From Eledone cirrhosa (taxonomy: Eukaryota), in the NCBI GenBank assembly GCA_964016885.1, contig OZ024764.1, positions 22,568,001-22,632,000 of the forward strand: a stretch of DNA of 64,000 nucleotides, written 5' to 3'. Each line of letters starts with the position of its first letter. The stretch's first letter is position 1. Of this stretch, positions 12,642 through 26,500 are shown in pieces. Below the pieces are notes generated by a model. The model was not told the DNA's origin. It saw nothing but the letters and a program-made list of their open reading frames with translations, and ran no database searches. Position numbers and translations under genes: made by a program.

Positions 12642-15600
12642 AAGGCCCTATTTATTGATAACACCACTCGTAAATCTTTGTCAACTTTTCATACGTAAAT
12701 TGTGAATCAGTTATGACAAATTCACCTCGTGGACGAGAATGCGAGCACTCCTCTTTGTTTCGACCGCGGACGGCTAACATAACCCCATCCCCGCCGTCCC
12801 CCACTGCCCGCACCCTCCAAACGCAATCCAAAACTTCAGAGTTGGTACCATAAATGTAGGCACCTTAAAGGGTCGCGCTAACGAGGTTGTAGAAATGCTT
12901 GAACGTAAGGAGGTCGATGTTTGTTGTAATCAAGAGACCAGGTGGAGGGGTGGGTCTGCTAGATTCATCGTGGGTAAAGAACGATGCTATAAGCTTTTCT
13001 GGGTGGGAAACGACGATGGGCTGGGTGGAGTAGGAATCATGGTAGCAGAAAAGTGGGCAGATAAGATAATAGACGTAAATAGAGTGAACGACAGAATAAT
13101 TAAAATAAGACTTGTCCTCAATAGAACTACGGTGACAGTAATATCTGCGTACGCGCCCAAATCCGGACTGCCTGGCGCTATAAAAGACAGATTCTATGAG
13201 ACACTGATGCTCACTACCTCCCAAATAACCGACAGTGACTATATAATTATTGCAGGCGACCTAAATGGTCACGTTGGACAACATTGTGACGGCTACGACG
13301 AAGTCCATGGAGGCTATGGGTTTGGTACCAGAAATGAGGAAGGCTCCAGAATCCTGGAATTCTGTGACGCAAATAACCTAACTATCTGTAACACTAACTT
13401 CAAATAACGTGACAATCACCTGATCACCTATAGATCCGGGGAACACACAAGCCAGGTAGATTATATCCTTACCAGAAGACGTGACAAGAGTGTCTGTTGT
13501 AAACACTAAATCCCTCCCCCATGAAGAATGCACCTCCCAACATAGACTGATAATTAGCGACCTCATAGTCAGGACGAGACGTACTCGACAGCAGAAGAGG
13601 ACTATCCTCAGGAGAAAAATATGGAAGCTAAAGGACCCCACAGCCAGAAATAAATTTCAAAGCATATTACTTGATGTTTTCGACAGTAAGGAAGAGCAAT
13701 TAGAGTCGTACAAGGTAGAGGAACAGTGTACTTTGCAAGAAGGGAAGCAGAGGAAAGAAAGTTCAAGCATGTTCTACAACGCGAGGACCAAAAACGTGAG
13801 GTGTTCAGGATTGCTAGGCAATGTGTCAAGGAAAACCGTGATATTGGTCGGGGAGAAGTGTGTACTTAATGATGACGGCGTACTTGCCATCACCGACGCT
13901 GATAAGAAGGTAGCTTGGCAGTGTCACTATGAAAGGCTACTAAATGAGGAGAATAAATGAGAGAAAGACAGTCTCCCCCATATCGACCCAATAGAGGGAC
14001 CAGCAGTGTTAGTCGAGGGTAGTATAATAAGTAAGGCCATCAAGGATATGAAGACGGGTAAGGCGGCTGGGCCTTCGGAAATAGTTACTGAGATGCTGAA
14101 GGCATCTGGCACGGTGGGACACACCATGGTCACCCGGATAGTTAACCAAGTCGTACAGAATGGGGTTGTTCCGAAGGACTGGCATAGCAGCATCATCGTT
14201 AACTGTTATAAGGGTAAAGGAGATGCCCTAGATAGGAGTAACTATAGAGGCATTAAATTAATCGACCAGGTCATGAAGGTCACGGAAAAAGTAATAGCGC
14301 AACTAATCAGAGAGAGAATTGACCTAGATGAAATGCAGTTCGGGTTTGTGTCAGGCAAAAGTACCACAGACGCTCTTTTCATTGTACGTCAACTACAGGA
14401 GAAGTACCTAGCTAAAGGTAAACCCCTCTACTTAGCTTTTGTCGACTTGGAGAAAGCCTTCGACAGAGTCCCCCGTTCCATTATCTGGTGGGCCCTTAGA
14501 AAACTAGGTGTCGACGAATGGCTTGTGAGAGCTATACAAGCCATGTATAAAGAAACAGCCAGCAAGGTTAGAATTAACGAATATAGTGAAGAGTTTAGCG
14601 TAAAAGTTGGCGTCCATCAGGGCTCTGTTCTCAGCCCCCTACTATTTATTATTGCCCTTCAGGCTATAACAGAGGAGCTCAAGACCGGCTGCCCATGGGA
14701 ACTCCTATACGCAGACGACCTGACACTCATAGCTGAATCAATGGCCGAGCTAGAGAAGAAATTCCAAACATGGAAGCACGGCCTAGAATCAAAAGGCCTT
14801 AAAATTAACCTGGCTAAGACTAAAGTTCTAGTTTGTAGGAAAGAAAATAAGGCGGCGGTCCCTTCCGGGAAATGGCCATGCTCAGTGTGTAGGAAAGGTG
14901 TAGGTAGAAACTCCATTTTATGTCCCAAATGCAAAGTATGGGTGCATAAAAGATGTAGTGGGATCACAGGTAAGCTAACTAAGAACATAGATTTTACATG
15001 TGGGCGGTGCTCTGGTGCAATAAGTAGCAGCGAGTGCCCACAAAATACTAGCTCTTACAACTGCGCAGAGGGCTCTATAGAAATAGTGGACAGCTTCCGT
15101 TTCCTGGGTGACAAAATCAGCAGTGGGGGAGGGTACTCTGAAAGTACAGTAGCTAGAGTCAGAACTGGATGGAAAAAGTTCAGAGAGCTTATACCACTAT
15201 TAGCCGCTAAAGGGTTCTCCCTAAAAATGAAAGGCAGGTTGTATGATGCCTGCATACGAACAGCAATGTTGCATGGCAGTGAGACCTGGGCATTGTGTGC
15301 AGAGGATATACGCAGACTAGAGAGGAACGAAGCTTGCATGCTCCGCTGGATGTGTAATAGTAATATACGTGAACGGCAAAGCATAAACGAACTAAGGAAA
15401 AAATTAGAAATAAGAGGGATCAGATGTTGTTTACTCGAGAGAAGGCTACGTTGGTATGGACACGTGATGCGCATGAAAGTCGATAGCTGTATAACAAAGT
15501 GCAGGGCAATAAAGATAGACGGTAGCCACGGAATAGGCAGACCTAGAAAATCCTGGGACAAGCTGATAAACTCCGACCTCACACACTTACACCTCTCCAA

Positions 15601-16047
15601 GACAATGTCACTGGACCGAGACCTTTGGCGGTACTCAGTAATAAAGAAGACCTGCCTTGCCTAAATACATAGTAAAACCTACTACAGCGAGTAGGCATCT
15701 CTAACAAAATACACACCCGTCCCCCCCACCCCATCCACACCACCCCCTCCTATGTAAAGTTATGTTGGTGCCACACCATCCAGGCCGAAACAAATGAGAT
15801 CGTGTATGTGTCACGACAAAAAAACACACAGTCCACGCTGTAATGTGGCCGTGTAGGTAACACAGTAAAAACCTCCCAGTTCCATACTGTAAATGTGGTT
15901 GGTGTTAGGAAGGGTATCCAACTGTAGAAAACCCGCCAGACAGTCCTATGCGAGCAAGACAATCACTCTTGCCTCAAGTGGGTATACCCCCGTCCAAACC
16001 CATGCAAGCGTGGAACACGGACGTTAAACGTTGATGATGATGATGAT
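12642..16047 (+). mobile_element. Near full-length RTE-clade LINE (AP endonuclease + RT + Cys-rich finger), inactivated, in the intron of gene 2
   Basis: FRVGTINVGTL, CNQETRW, GDLNGHVG; VDLEKAFDRV, HQGSVLSP, LYADD; stops at 13405 and 13958 plus frameshifts; (GAT)n tail at ~16033-16047; absent from the other units. Confidence 0.95.
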
Positions 16048-16640
16048 AATGGGAGTGTCTCTCACAGACGCACACACACAAGTCTCTTGTTATAATTTTA
16101 AAATTTTTCGTTCAACAACACCACCAGCTTTCTTACTCTATCTCTCTCTCTCTCTCTCTCCCTCTCTCTCTCTCTCTCTTTATGAAGGTACCTGAAAAAC
16201 CCCATATCTCGGGAACCTGTGCTCTGATTTACATGAAACTTATTTTATCCCATCTGTATTCCCATTTCAGTGTCAACTTCCTTTCAAACTATTTCCCCAT
16301 TATGCCCCGTTTTGGCTGTATTACATTACAGACAAGACACAATCACAGAATTTTAGGTTTATAATGTATCATCATAGAGTAATACAGTTATTACAAGTTT
16401 CTGAGTATCTTATAATGTTCTTTTATTATTTCAGAATACCAGAGGACATTGGCATTAAAGAGCACGTTACATCAGACATATCCTCAACATTAACCATTTC
16501 TAATGAAAGACACTAACCATCATTTTCAAATAATTTTGAAAACACTCAACACTTTGAAGTGATTTAGTAATATAACTAAATTTCTCAGTATTAAGCTGTG
16601 AATTATGTGAGAAACTGATTGATATCTTTTAGTAGGAGAT

Positions 16641-17840
16641 ATGTCGAAAAATATAGTAAAATCAACATTCCACTGTGATATCTGTGGTAAATCATTCTCT
16701 CGTAGTGATAACCTAACTACTCACAAACGTATTCATACAGAAGAGAAGCCATATCAGTGTGATATCTGTGACAAATCATTCAGTCACAGTAGTAACGTCA
16801 GAGTTCACAAACGTATTCATACAGGAGAGAAGCCATATCACTGTGATATCTGTGGTAAATCATTCAGTCGCAGTAATACCTTAACTACTCACAAACGTAT
16901 TCATACAGGAGAGAAGCCTTATAAGTGTGATATCTGTGGTAAATCATTCAGTTACAATACTAGCGTCAGAGTTCACAAACAAATTCATACAGGAGAGAAG
17001 CCATATCGCTGTGACATCTGTAGTAAATCATTCTCTGACAGAAGTAGCTTCCTTAAACATCAACGTATTCATACAGGAGAGAAACCATATCAGTGTGATA
17101 TCTGTGACAAATCATTCAGTCACAGTAGTAGCGTCAGAGTTCACAAACGTATTCATACAGGAGAGAAGACATATCACTGTGACATCTGTGGTAAATCATT
17201 CAGTCAGAGTAATACCTTAACTACTCACAAACGTATTCATACAGGAGAGAAACCATATCACTGTGATATCTGTGATAAATCATTCTCTCGTAGTAATAAC
17301 CTAACTACTCACAAACGTATTCATACAGGAGAGAAACCATATCACTGTGATATCTGTGGTAAAACGTTCTCTAAAAACAATAACCTAACTACTCACAAAC
17401 GTATTCATACAGGAGAGAACCCATATCATTGTGATATCTGTGGTAAATCATTCACTTGTAGTCAGCACCTAACTACTCACAAACGTATTCACACAGGAGA
17501 GAAGCCATATCAATGTGATATCTGTGATAAATCATTCAGTGACAGTAGTAGCTTCAGAGTTCACAAACAAATTCATACAGGAGAGAAGCCACATCACTGT
17601 GACATCTGTGGTAAATCATTCAGTCACAGAAATACCTTAATTACCCACAAACGTATTCATACAGGAGAGATACCATATCACTGTGATATCTGTGGTAATT
17701 CATTCTCTCAGAGTAATCACCTAACTACTCACAAACGTATTCATACAGGGGAGAAGCGTTATCACTGTGACATCTGTGGTAAATCATTCTCTCCCCGTAG
17801 TAACTTAACCAAGCATGTGCGTATTCATACAGAAGTTTAG
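16641..17840 (+). CDS. C2H2 zinc-finger protein, 399 aa, 14 fingers, no effector domain (gene 2)
   Basis: Intact [20 protein letters not shown]...RIHTEV*; TGEKPY linkers; upstream acceptor TTCTTTTATTATTTCAG ending at 16434; AATAAA at 18103. Confidence 0.92.
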   Translation: MSKNIVKSTFHCDICGKSFSRSDNLTTHKRIHTEEKPYQCDICDKSFSHSSNVRVHKRIHTGEKPYHCDICGKSFSRSNTLTTHKRIHTGEKPYKCDICGKSFSYNTSVRVHKQIHTGEKPYRCDICSKSFSDRSSFLKHQRIHTGEKPYQCDICDKSFSHSSSVRVHKRIHTGEKTYHCDICGKSFSQSNTLTTHKRIHTGEKPYHCDICDKSFSRSNNLTTHKRIHTGEKPYHCDICGKTFSKNNNLTTHKRIHTGENPYHCDICGKSFTCSQHLTTHKRIHTGEKPYQCDICDKSFSDSSSFRVHKQIHTGEKPHHCDICGKSFSHRNTLITHKRIHTGEIPYHCDICGNSFSQSNHLTTHKRIHTGEKRYHCDICGKSFSPRSNLTKHVRIHTEV

Positions 17841-20800
17841 CTGTGTCAATATCAACTCATTACATCATACTACTACAACAAATGTGTAGATCCATCATCC
17901 TTGCTAAAACTGGGGATAACCTTGTAGGTTTTACCTAGGACAGGGATCATAAACACCAGGTTTCCATTTTTGAAGTAGAGTTTGAAGATTTTGTGTAAAT
18001 TAAAGTTTTTCACATTAAACTTTCATTTATTAAACTTTAACAGGTAAGATATATATTTGTATTTTTAGTAAAAGTTGGGAACTTCTGTAATTTGAACCTT
18101 CCAATAAAATGAAAACTTTTGTTGTTGTTAGTCAGACATTGTCTCAAATATCACAGATTAAACAGATTTTAACAATAACAACAGAAATCAATAACTTGTA
18201 AGCCTAATATCTAGCTTCCATTTTAACTATTTGATATTGTTGTTCCCCTCCTGTCTCTTCAGGTCTTTTAGATTTCAACTTCTATCTACTGTACTATTCC
18301 ATCACCAAGGCAACATTCATCTGGCTGGCAGCTTACATCAACTACAGATCTCCAACCCTTCTTTCTCCAGATAGTCTTGTATCTGTCAGTCCCTCTATAT
18401 CTTATATTTAACAGGGAGATCTTTTACTCTCCAACCCTTCTATCTCCAGATAGTCTTGTATCTGTCAGTCCCTCTAGATCTTACACCTAGTATCTAGTCT
18501 ATGTTGAGTGGTACGTCGTTCTCCAGTAAAGGAGTTAATATTCCCAACCATCTGTCTATCCTGTTTTCTGATGAGAATGAAGTCAATCTAGTTTATCTCT
18601 TCACCTGATTGAAGTAACTAGATCAAGTAACTAGATGCTTTCCTGTAAGTTAGTGTTGCAGTGTTTGTGTCACCATGTAAGGTTTATATCTATTAATATA
18701 GAGATGTAGTAAAGTTTTCACTGTTGTATCTCTATTTTCTAAATATCTTAATAATGTTTCTCTACTATTTCAGAATATCACATGACCTTGACAGAAAAGA
18801 GTCTTTTAAAGACAACAGAAAGATGTTACATTCAAGTGATATAAACTTGTTTAGTCTGTGGTGAATTATGGTGAAATATTTCTTCTGAATTGAGATAAAT
18901 AACAACATATTCCTTTTTCACTGTCTGGAATATTTACAAGATGATTTTACATTCTGATTAAACTTTGGATATTTACAAAGGAGTTTTCAAAATATTTGGA
19001 TATTGACAAAGATCATGTTTGATAAAATTATGAACAATAGAAATATTTACATCAACATAGGAATATTTTCCAGAAGAGATGGGAAAATCATTATACCACT
19101 GTAATATTTGTGGTAAAGTATTCTCTCTTCTTTATATGTAGAACATCTAACTAAACACTTTAACTAACAAACTATTGTATTATAGAATTGACAAACTTGA
19201 GGAATGTTTAACAAATGTTACAGATTTCTCCAAACTGTCATTTACTAACTTTAATTTGAAGCTATATTATCTATATACTACTAAAATTCTGTGATTGTGT
19301 CTTGTCCGTAATTTAATACAGCTAAAACAGTGCATAATGGTGAAATACTTTGAAAAGAATAAAACAAGTTTTGTATAAAATGGAGCTCAGGTTCCCAAGA
19401 CACGGGGTTTTCTGGGTACCTTCATAAATATAGGGAGAGAAAGAGATAGTGGTTGTGAGAGTGAGGAGACCGATGGAAGAGAGAGAGAGAGAGCTGCTGG
19501 TGTTGTTTAATAAAATGTGTGCGAATATATATATACATATGTGTCTATATATATATATATGTCTGTATATTTTAACTATTTGAAAATTATTTTTAATTGA
19601 ACATGATTTTAAAATAATAGTTTTAAGGGAACGTGACCCAACAGATCGCGGGTGGTCTAGTTTGTTACTAAATACTAGATATTAGAGGGTCATGTTTTTC
19701 TAGATGTGCTGGAAGAGCCATTCCATCTTGTGAGGTTCACACCAGCAGCTAGCCACCTCAGCACCTATGGTGGTATATTTATTATATTATTTATTCTTTA
19801 TCATTAACATTAATATAAAAGATAATTATATATTTTTAGAGAAGAACCTCTAACTTCATATAGCTTTGGGCTTCAGTAGGTAAAAGTCTGGCCCTGCTTG
19901 TCTTGTATTTTTTAGGGGAGAAGTTAGGGAATACTGTTATTGTGTGAAAGTTTTCTAAATCTTCTTCAGCCACTAACATGGAGAAGATATTTCAGTAAGA
20001 AGGTTCACGTCCTGACATCTATAGCTGTTAACAATGAGATTGGAATTCATTATTAAACAAATGTTATATCATCATCACTGTTTAACATCAGTTTTTCCAC
20101 GCTGGCATGGGTTAGACGAGTTATCCTGTTGTAAGCAATGCCAGGTCAGGTGACCACGTGTTGCTCCTACAGAACAAATTTTGGTTTGGTTTCTACAGCT
20201 GGATGCCCTTCCTAGCACCAACCTTAATTACATTGAGTACTGGGTGCATTTTACCATCTTACCATCACGACCACTTTACAGTGTAGGCTGGGTGCTTTTT
20301 GTAGTGACACCTACATGACCACTTTACAGTGTGGGCTGGTTGCTTTTTGTTGTGACACCTACATGACCACTTTATAGTGTGGACTGGGTACTTTTTGTTG
20401 TGACACCAATTCAAAGTTTTGGCTGGGTACTTTTTGTTGTCACCTACATGACCACTTTACAGTCTTGGCTGGGTGCTTTTTGCTGTGACACCTACGCAAC
20501 CGCTTTATAGTGTGGGCTGGTTTCTTTTTGTCATATCACCTACATGACCTGTTTATAGTATTGGCTGTGTGTTCTTTACAGTGTGGGCTGGTTTCTTTTT
20601 GTCATATCACCTACATGACCACCTTATAATGTTGGCTGTGTGTTCTTTGTAGTGTGGGCTGGTTTCTTTTTGTCATATCACCTACATGACCACCTTATAA
20701 TGTTGACTGTGTTCTTTACAGTGTGGGCTGGTTTCTTTTTGTCATATCACCTACATGACCACCTTATAATGTTTACTGTGTGTTCTTTGCAGTGTGGGTT

Positions 20801-21894
20801 GGGTGCTTTTTGTCATATCACCTACATGACCAGCTTATAATGTTGACTGTGTGTTCTCTACAGTGTGGGTTGGGTGCTTTTTGTCATATCACCTACCCAA
20901 CCACTTTGCAGTGTGGGCAGTGAAATATCAGTAATGCACCAGCTCCAATATTCAGTAATCAGAAGAAGGGAGGTAGGCATAAAAGCCAAACTTGCTGTCT
21001 TCAATTAGCTTTTTGTGCCAACCCTTACCTATGGTCACATATCTTGGGTAATGACCAAAAGAATATGATTGGGAATACAAGTGGCAGATATGGGATTCCT
21101 CTGCAGGGTCTTTGAAAGAACGTTTCTCAATAAAGTGCATAGCTCTGAGATCAGAGAGTCACTCCAGGTGGAGCTGTTACTTCTCCGAATTGAGAGATCA
21201 CAGCTGCAATACTATAGCCATGTGGTTAGAATGTCTGAGGAAAGAATCACTGGATAGATTTTACAGGCAAAACTAACTGGCAGGAGACCCAGGGGTAGAC
21301 CTGAGCAAGATGGTCACATAACATCCATGAGCTTGGCTGGTCTCTCTGGGAGATCCAGCCACATAAGTTGGAGTGGGTTGCTTCTGACAGGACCTGTTGA
21401 AGGGAGTGTTTGAGGACTCTGCCTCCAAGACCCTCTCTGGAATGAGTGGGTTAATAAGAAGAGGTTGAGGTTACATCATCAACATCAGATTTCCCTGCTA
21501 GCAAGGGTTTAATGAGTCTACTTCAACCAAGTAAGTACTGAAGTGAGGCTACTGATCTCCCAGACAGACCAAGGATCTGAGACTTATTTACATAAGGTCT
21601 CATTTGCTACTGAGTGCACAGAAAAGGTTGTCATGATTGAAGGGTTCTCCGACACTATTGTTGGGCAAGCTTTCTATGGCTAGATGTCCTTCACATGACC
21701 AACCACATTACAGCCTGTGTTGGGTGTGTTTATCATGTAGGTGAGACATAACAAACTGAGGGTTCCCCAAGGGCCACATAGGTCACGTGTTGTCTGAGGG
21801 TTGCACACTGCAACTAATTATGTACACGACAACTAATTAGTCATTTAATAAAATATATTGCAGAAAGATTTGTTACTTAAATTTAGAAACATAC

Positions 21895-22320
21895 ATCATC
21901 ATTCATCATCATCATTTCATTTTACGTCCGCTTTTCCCTGCTTGCAAGGGTGGGACGGGAACTGATTCTGGCTTGATTTCTACAGCTGGATGCCCTTCCT
22001 AACACCAACCTCATTTACAGTGAGGGCTGGGTGCTTTTTTTCCGTGGCGCCTACACGACCACTTTACAGTGTGGGCTGGGTGCTTTTTTGCCGTGGCACC
22101 TCCACGACCACTTTGCAGTGGAATGATAGGGATCCCAGTCCCTATCATCTCATTTCTACAGCTGAGTAAACTGGAGCAATGTGAAATAAAGTGTCTTGCT
22201 CAAGGAAACAACACATCACCCGGTCTGAGAATTGAACTCACAACCTTTCAATTGTAAGTATCATCATCATCATCACCGTTTTACGTCCGTTCTTCCACGC
22301 TAGCATCGGTTAGACGGGTA
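21895..22320 (-). mobile_element. Composite of two RTE-type (GAT)n tails and a SINE fragment inserted into the hAT end
   Basis: CATCATCAT..TTTTACGTCCG at ~21900-21930 and ~22262-22290; SINE body 22160-22258; hAT sequence resumes at ~22409. Confidence 0.7.
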
Positions 22321-22437
22321 TGTATGTATGTATGTATATATATATATATATTTATATTTTTATATATATATAAACGCATTACACCTACCCATCATTTGAA
22401 TATTTAAAATACAATGTACATACAAAAAAACATTGAA

Positions 22438-22547
22438 GCATGCGCAGTGGTGCAGTTGTCGACTTCCTGTCCACGTGTCAGTCTTCCTACAACATCATTT
22501 AGAAAACATTTCTGCAAATACTAAACACCTGAGACTATAATGTAAGT
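22438..22547 (+). promoter_or_regulatory. Candidate promoter and non-coding exon 1 of gene 3
   Basis: Same motif cluster, TCAGTC Inr-like at 22478, donor GTAAGT at 22542; implies intron 22542-31849. Confidence 0.55.
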
Positions 22548-23526
22548 ATTATGTCTATTAATATTGTAGATTTAAGCTCACTTTTCACATCACAAATATA
22601 TATTTTCTTGTTTGTTTCATTACTGGAAATATAAAATGTTATCGTAATTATCTATATTTTACCTACCTCTAATTAATTAAAGTGAAAACTTTTGTTGTTG
22701 CTGAAAAATAAATTAACAAAACTAAATATTTAAATATTCTAAAGGTCGTTTTTATATTATGTGATGATATAATTAATATATTTTATTACAATTGTATAAA
22801 TTTACAGTAGAATAACGTAAATATGTTTTAAATATATACATAAATAACATAAGTGTGTAAATAACATTATAAATTGCTGGCAATTCCTTGAGAAAGACAT
22901 TACAAATATATTGTCTAAACTGTGTGTAATAATATAATTTATTGAACAATAATGATAAAGGAAAGAAAAACACAGTGGGAGATGGCAATTGACCACCAAA
23001 CGAGGTAAACATTTTCAACTTTCCCCTTTTTTTGCTTTGTCCGAGACAACTCAAAATATTCTTCAAGGAACTGGATCTTCCATTCGGTTGGATCGAACGG
23101 ATTTTACCATTTATAATCTACGGAGAGGAATAACAGATGTTCGGAGGAAAAAAGAATTGTTTGTGGCAACAACGTAGGGAACCAACCTGGAGCAATTGTA
23201 TCACACAATTATACTTTCCTCCTTAACATACACTTACAATTTTTCAAAATCAAACCCCCCAAATATAAAATAAAATATAAATAATTATAAATGGCGAGGA
23301 ACCATCCCATCTCCCTCTTGAAATAACCTGAATCTATTTATAGTCAGGTGTGACTGAAAGGTCAATCCATACTTCCATTCTATTTCACAGAATTAGAAGC
23401 TTTGACCACTTGATAGAATTCAGGTCCAGTAATGTAATCACTCCGTAATTGTAAACATCTTGTATCACTATCATTCAGGTTTTGATTTTAAGTCTTGCCC
23501 ATGTTTTTTTTTTTTTTTTCTTTTTT

Positions 23527-26500
23527 ACACAAACTCACAATTTCGGTTTTTACTGCGGATTTACCCATGCGAACTATTACACAAACTCACAGCCTTAGAT
23601 TTTGTATTTCTAGCGTTTTTATTTTCCTTCTCTTTGCATGTTCAGTGCTCTTTCTCTCCCACTGTATTTACCTGCCTCTCACATGACCACACTCCTCTCC
23701 ACGCACTCACCATCTTCTCACTCCTTCTCCACCTTCCACCCCCCCCCCCCTTGCTCAACCCTTACTTCCTCCTCGCGCACAGCCCACCTAGGTATTCGTT
23801 CAACCCGCCGGTGGCCCGATGTTTCGACCGAACTATTACCGGCGATTGCCGATTGCTAAAGTTGCCACCACTTTAACCTAGTCCACTCTAGGTGGCGGTG
23901 GCATGCGTTGAACGACCAAGAGACCTGCTTGGTGGAACGACTATGTGACAACCGGTCAGCCTCCGACCTCTCATTCTCCACCAACTGCAGCACGCACGAG
24001 AGGAGCTAACTTGACCCCACCTACCCCTCCTCTCCTTCACGGCAGATTTCGAACGAATCTAACCTGGCCAACCACACCACCCCTACAACTGTTAGCTCAC
24101 TACCCAACCCCCGCTTTAGTCCCACCGTTAGAACCACTGCTGTCTCCTTTACTGACTCACTCCCTTCACCGAATTCCAACGCTGGCCCTCTACTGCCACC
24201 TGATTGCGCCCTCTGTGCCCGCACTTACCAGTACTTAAAGACAATTAAATGTCACCTATGCCACGCAAGCTACCACAGAAGCTGTGTCAGCATCACCAAA
24301 GCTCAAGCCGAAAGGCTTCAACACTGGACCTGTCATCGGTGCCACTTCAGCTCCGACTATTCCGTGGGGATGACCAACACTCTACCGACGACTTTCCACA
24401 GCCCCCCCCCCCCCCCCCCCAGGGCTTCTCCAAATCAAAGCTCGTTAACCGGTACCTTAAGGGAGCTCGGAACAGCTTTGCAGGTGCCCTCTCTAATTTA
24501 CTGAAAAACGTTTGCTCGTCCAACAATAGTCTGGCAGAAATTGTTTTTGTTTCCCCTCATCTCTCTTCACGTGCACAATGCGAACTCGGGTTCCCTCAAG
24601 TCCTCTCTCAAGCGGCAGTTCCAGCTGTTTGAGTCCACCCCAACCACGTCTCATCTCAGTTCGTCTCCGAGCTCGGTGTCCACCAACAGACAACCGGTAG
24701 ACCTCAAGCGAGCCGTCCATGATAATTCAGCGAATTTGACATTAAAGGGGCTGTCCTCCCTTGCTCCATGCAACTCTGACTCTCGTGAGCGTCTGAAAGA
24801 GAAGCACCCCCAGATGATCAGCAACACTGGCCCGAACAACCAGAATACTTGAGACCGGTTTACACCACCAATATCATCAGAAAGGCAATTTCATCCTTCG
24901 TCCTCAACACCTCAAGGATGGTATCTCCTTATCGGCCGGTAATGCCGGACTCGAGCTCTTGGAGAGTCTGACTCAGTTTGTGAATCAGTGAACGTTCTCC
25001 CGTTCATCCGCCCACTGTTCTTCGGTGCGAAGCTATTTGGTCTCACCAAGCACAACGGGGACCTGCGCCGCATTGCGGTTGGCTGCACACCTCGCCGCCT
25101 CACTGCAAAGGCGTGATTGCTGTTGGTCTCCAACCCACTGGCGGAGGAATTTTCCCCCATCCAGCTGTGGGTGGGTACCAGGTTGGGATGTGTGGCTGCT
25201 GTCCACGCTGCCAGAACATTTGCCAACTTGCCCTCCTCATCCCCCAAGGTCATCCTCAAACTTGACCTCAGGAATGCCTTCAACTCCGTCAGCCGTAACA
25301 TCGTCCTCGGCTCAGTAAGAGAGAGGGTCCCACAAATCTACCACTTTGCTTGGCAGGCTTATCGGGAGCCCTCCTACCTCTCTTTCAGTGACCAGATCAT
25401 CACCTCTGCCTCAGGAGTCCAACAGGGTGACCCACTCTGGGACCCCCCCCCCCCCCCCGCACTGGACATTGATGACGTCACCAAGATGGGGGCTGAGTTG
25501 GACCTCAATGTCTGGTAGCTCGACGACGCCTGTTTGGGGGGAACTCCGGATATGGTTCTCGCCACTGCCAACAGGATGGTGGAGGAGCTTGGCGCCTGGG
25601 TCTCCAGATGAATAGCTCCAAATGTGAGCTCTGGATCCTCAACCACCCGGCTTCTTAACACCAACAGCTGATCGACCTGTTCGCAGAGTCCTTCCCTTCC
25701 ATCACGGTCCCTCCTCCGTCAGCTTGGTGCTCCTTAGGAGCCCCGATCATAGACCTGGCCTTCGAGTAAACCATCCAATCGAAGATGGTTGGCCTTGAGC
25801 AGCTGCTGAGGAATATTGAAGATATCGAACCCCATCAAAGTTTCTTCTTACTCAGGAACTACCTGTCTATTCCTAAGCTTCTGTATCTGCTCAGGGTCAG
25901 CCCCTCTCACAGATTTCCATCCTGCCTCCAACACTTCGACGACCTAATCTTCGACAGACTCGAGTGTCTGGTCAATGTTAGTAAGTGTTCGTCCCTCTCT
26001 CTCCCCTGCTTCCTTTCCTCCACCCAAGCTTGCAGCATCCTCTCCTCTCCAACATGGACTAGTTCCAACAGGGAGTTGTGTGAAGCTCTCCAGCAATGGA
26101 GTGAGTTGGGCTTGTCTCTTCCTGAGAAGGTGGAGGACAGTCGAAGTCAGAGAACTTGGGACAGGATACGTTGGAATGCCACCTTCGACTCCCTCTTCGT
26201 CCTCTCAGATCAGTCTGCAAGGTGCCGCTTACCATCTGCCAGCGCCAAATACTCCGGTGACTGGGTCGATGCCTTACCCGTGGCCAACGTTGGAGGCCTA
26301 CTCAGCCTGGATGAACTTCGTGTCTCCATCACCCTCAGAGTGGTAGCTGACGTCTGCATGGGTTTGAGATGTGGCTAACTCCTCGACTCCACAGGCCCCC
26401 ACGGTCTTTCTTGCTGCCTGAATGCCGGCCTCTTCGCCCGTCACACGGAGCTAAACTTTATTCTGAAGAGAGCTTTGGCCCGGGCAAACATCTCCTCAGT

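Noticed and set aside
24402-24420. Long poly-C runs in CRE copy 1 (also ~23740 and ~25445)
   Set aside because: The runs are short in the paralog where it is retained; homopolymer slippage or base-calling error is a sufficient explanation.
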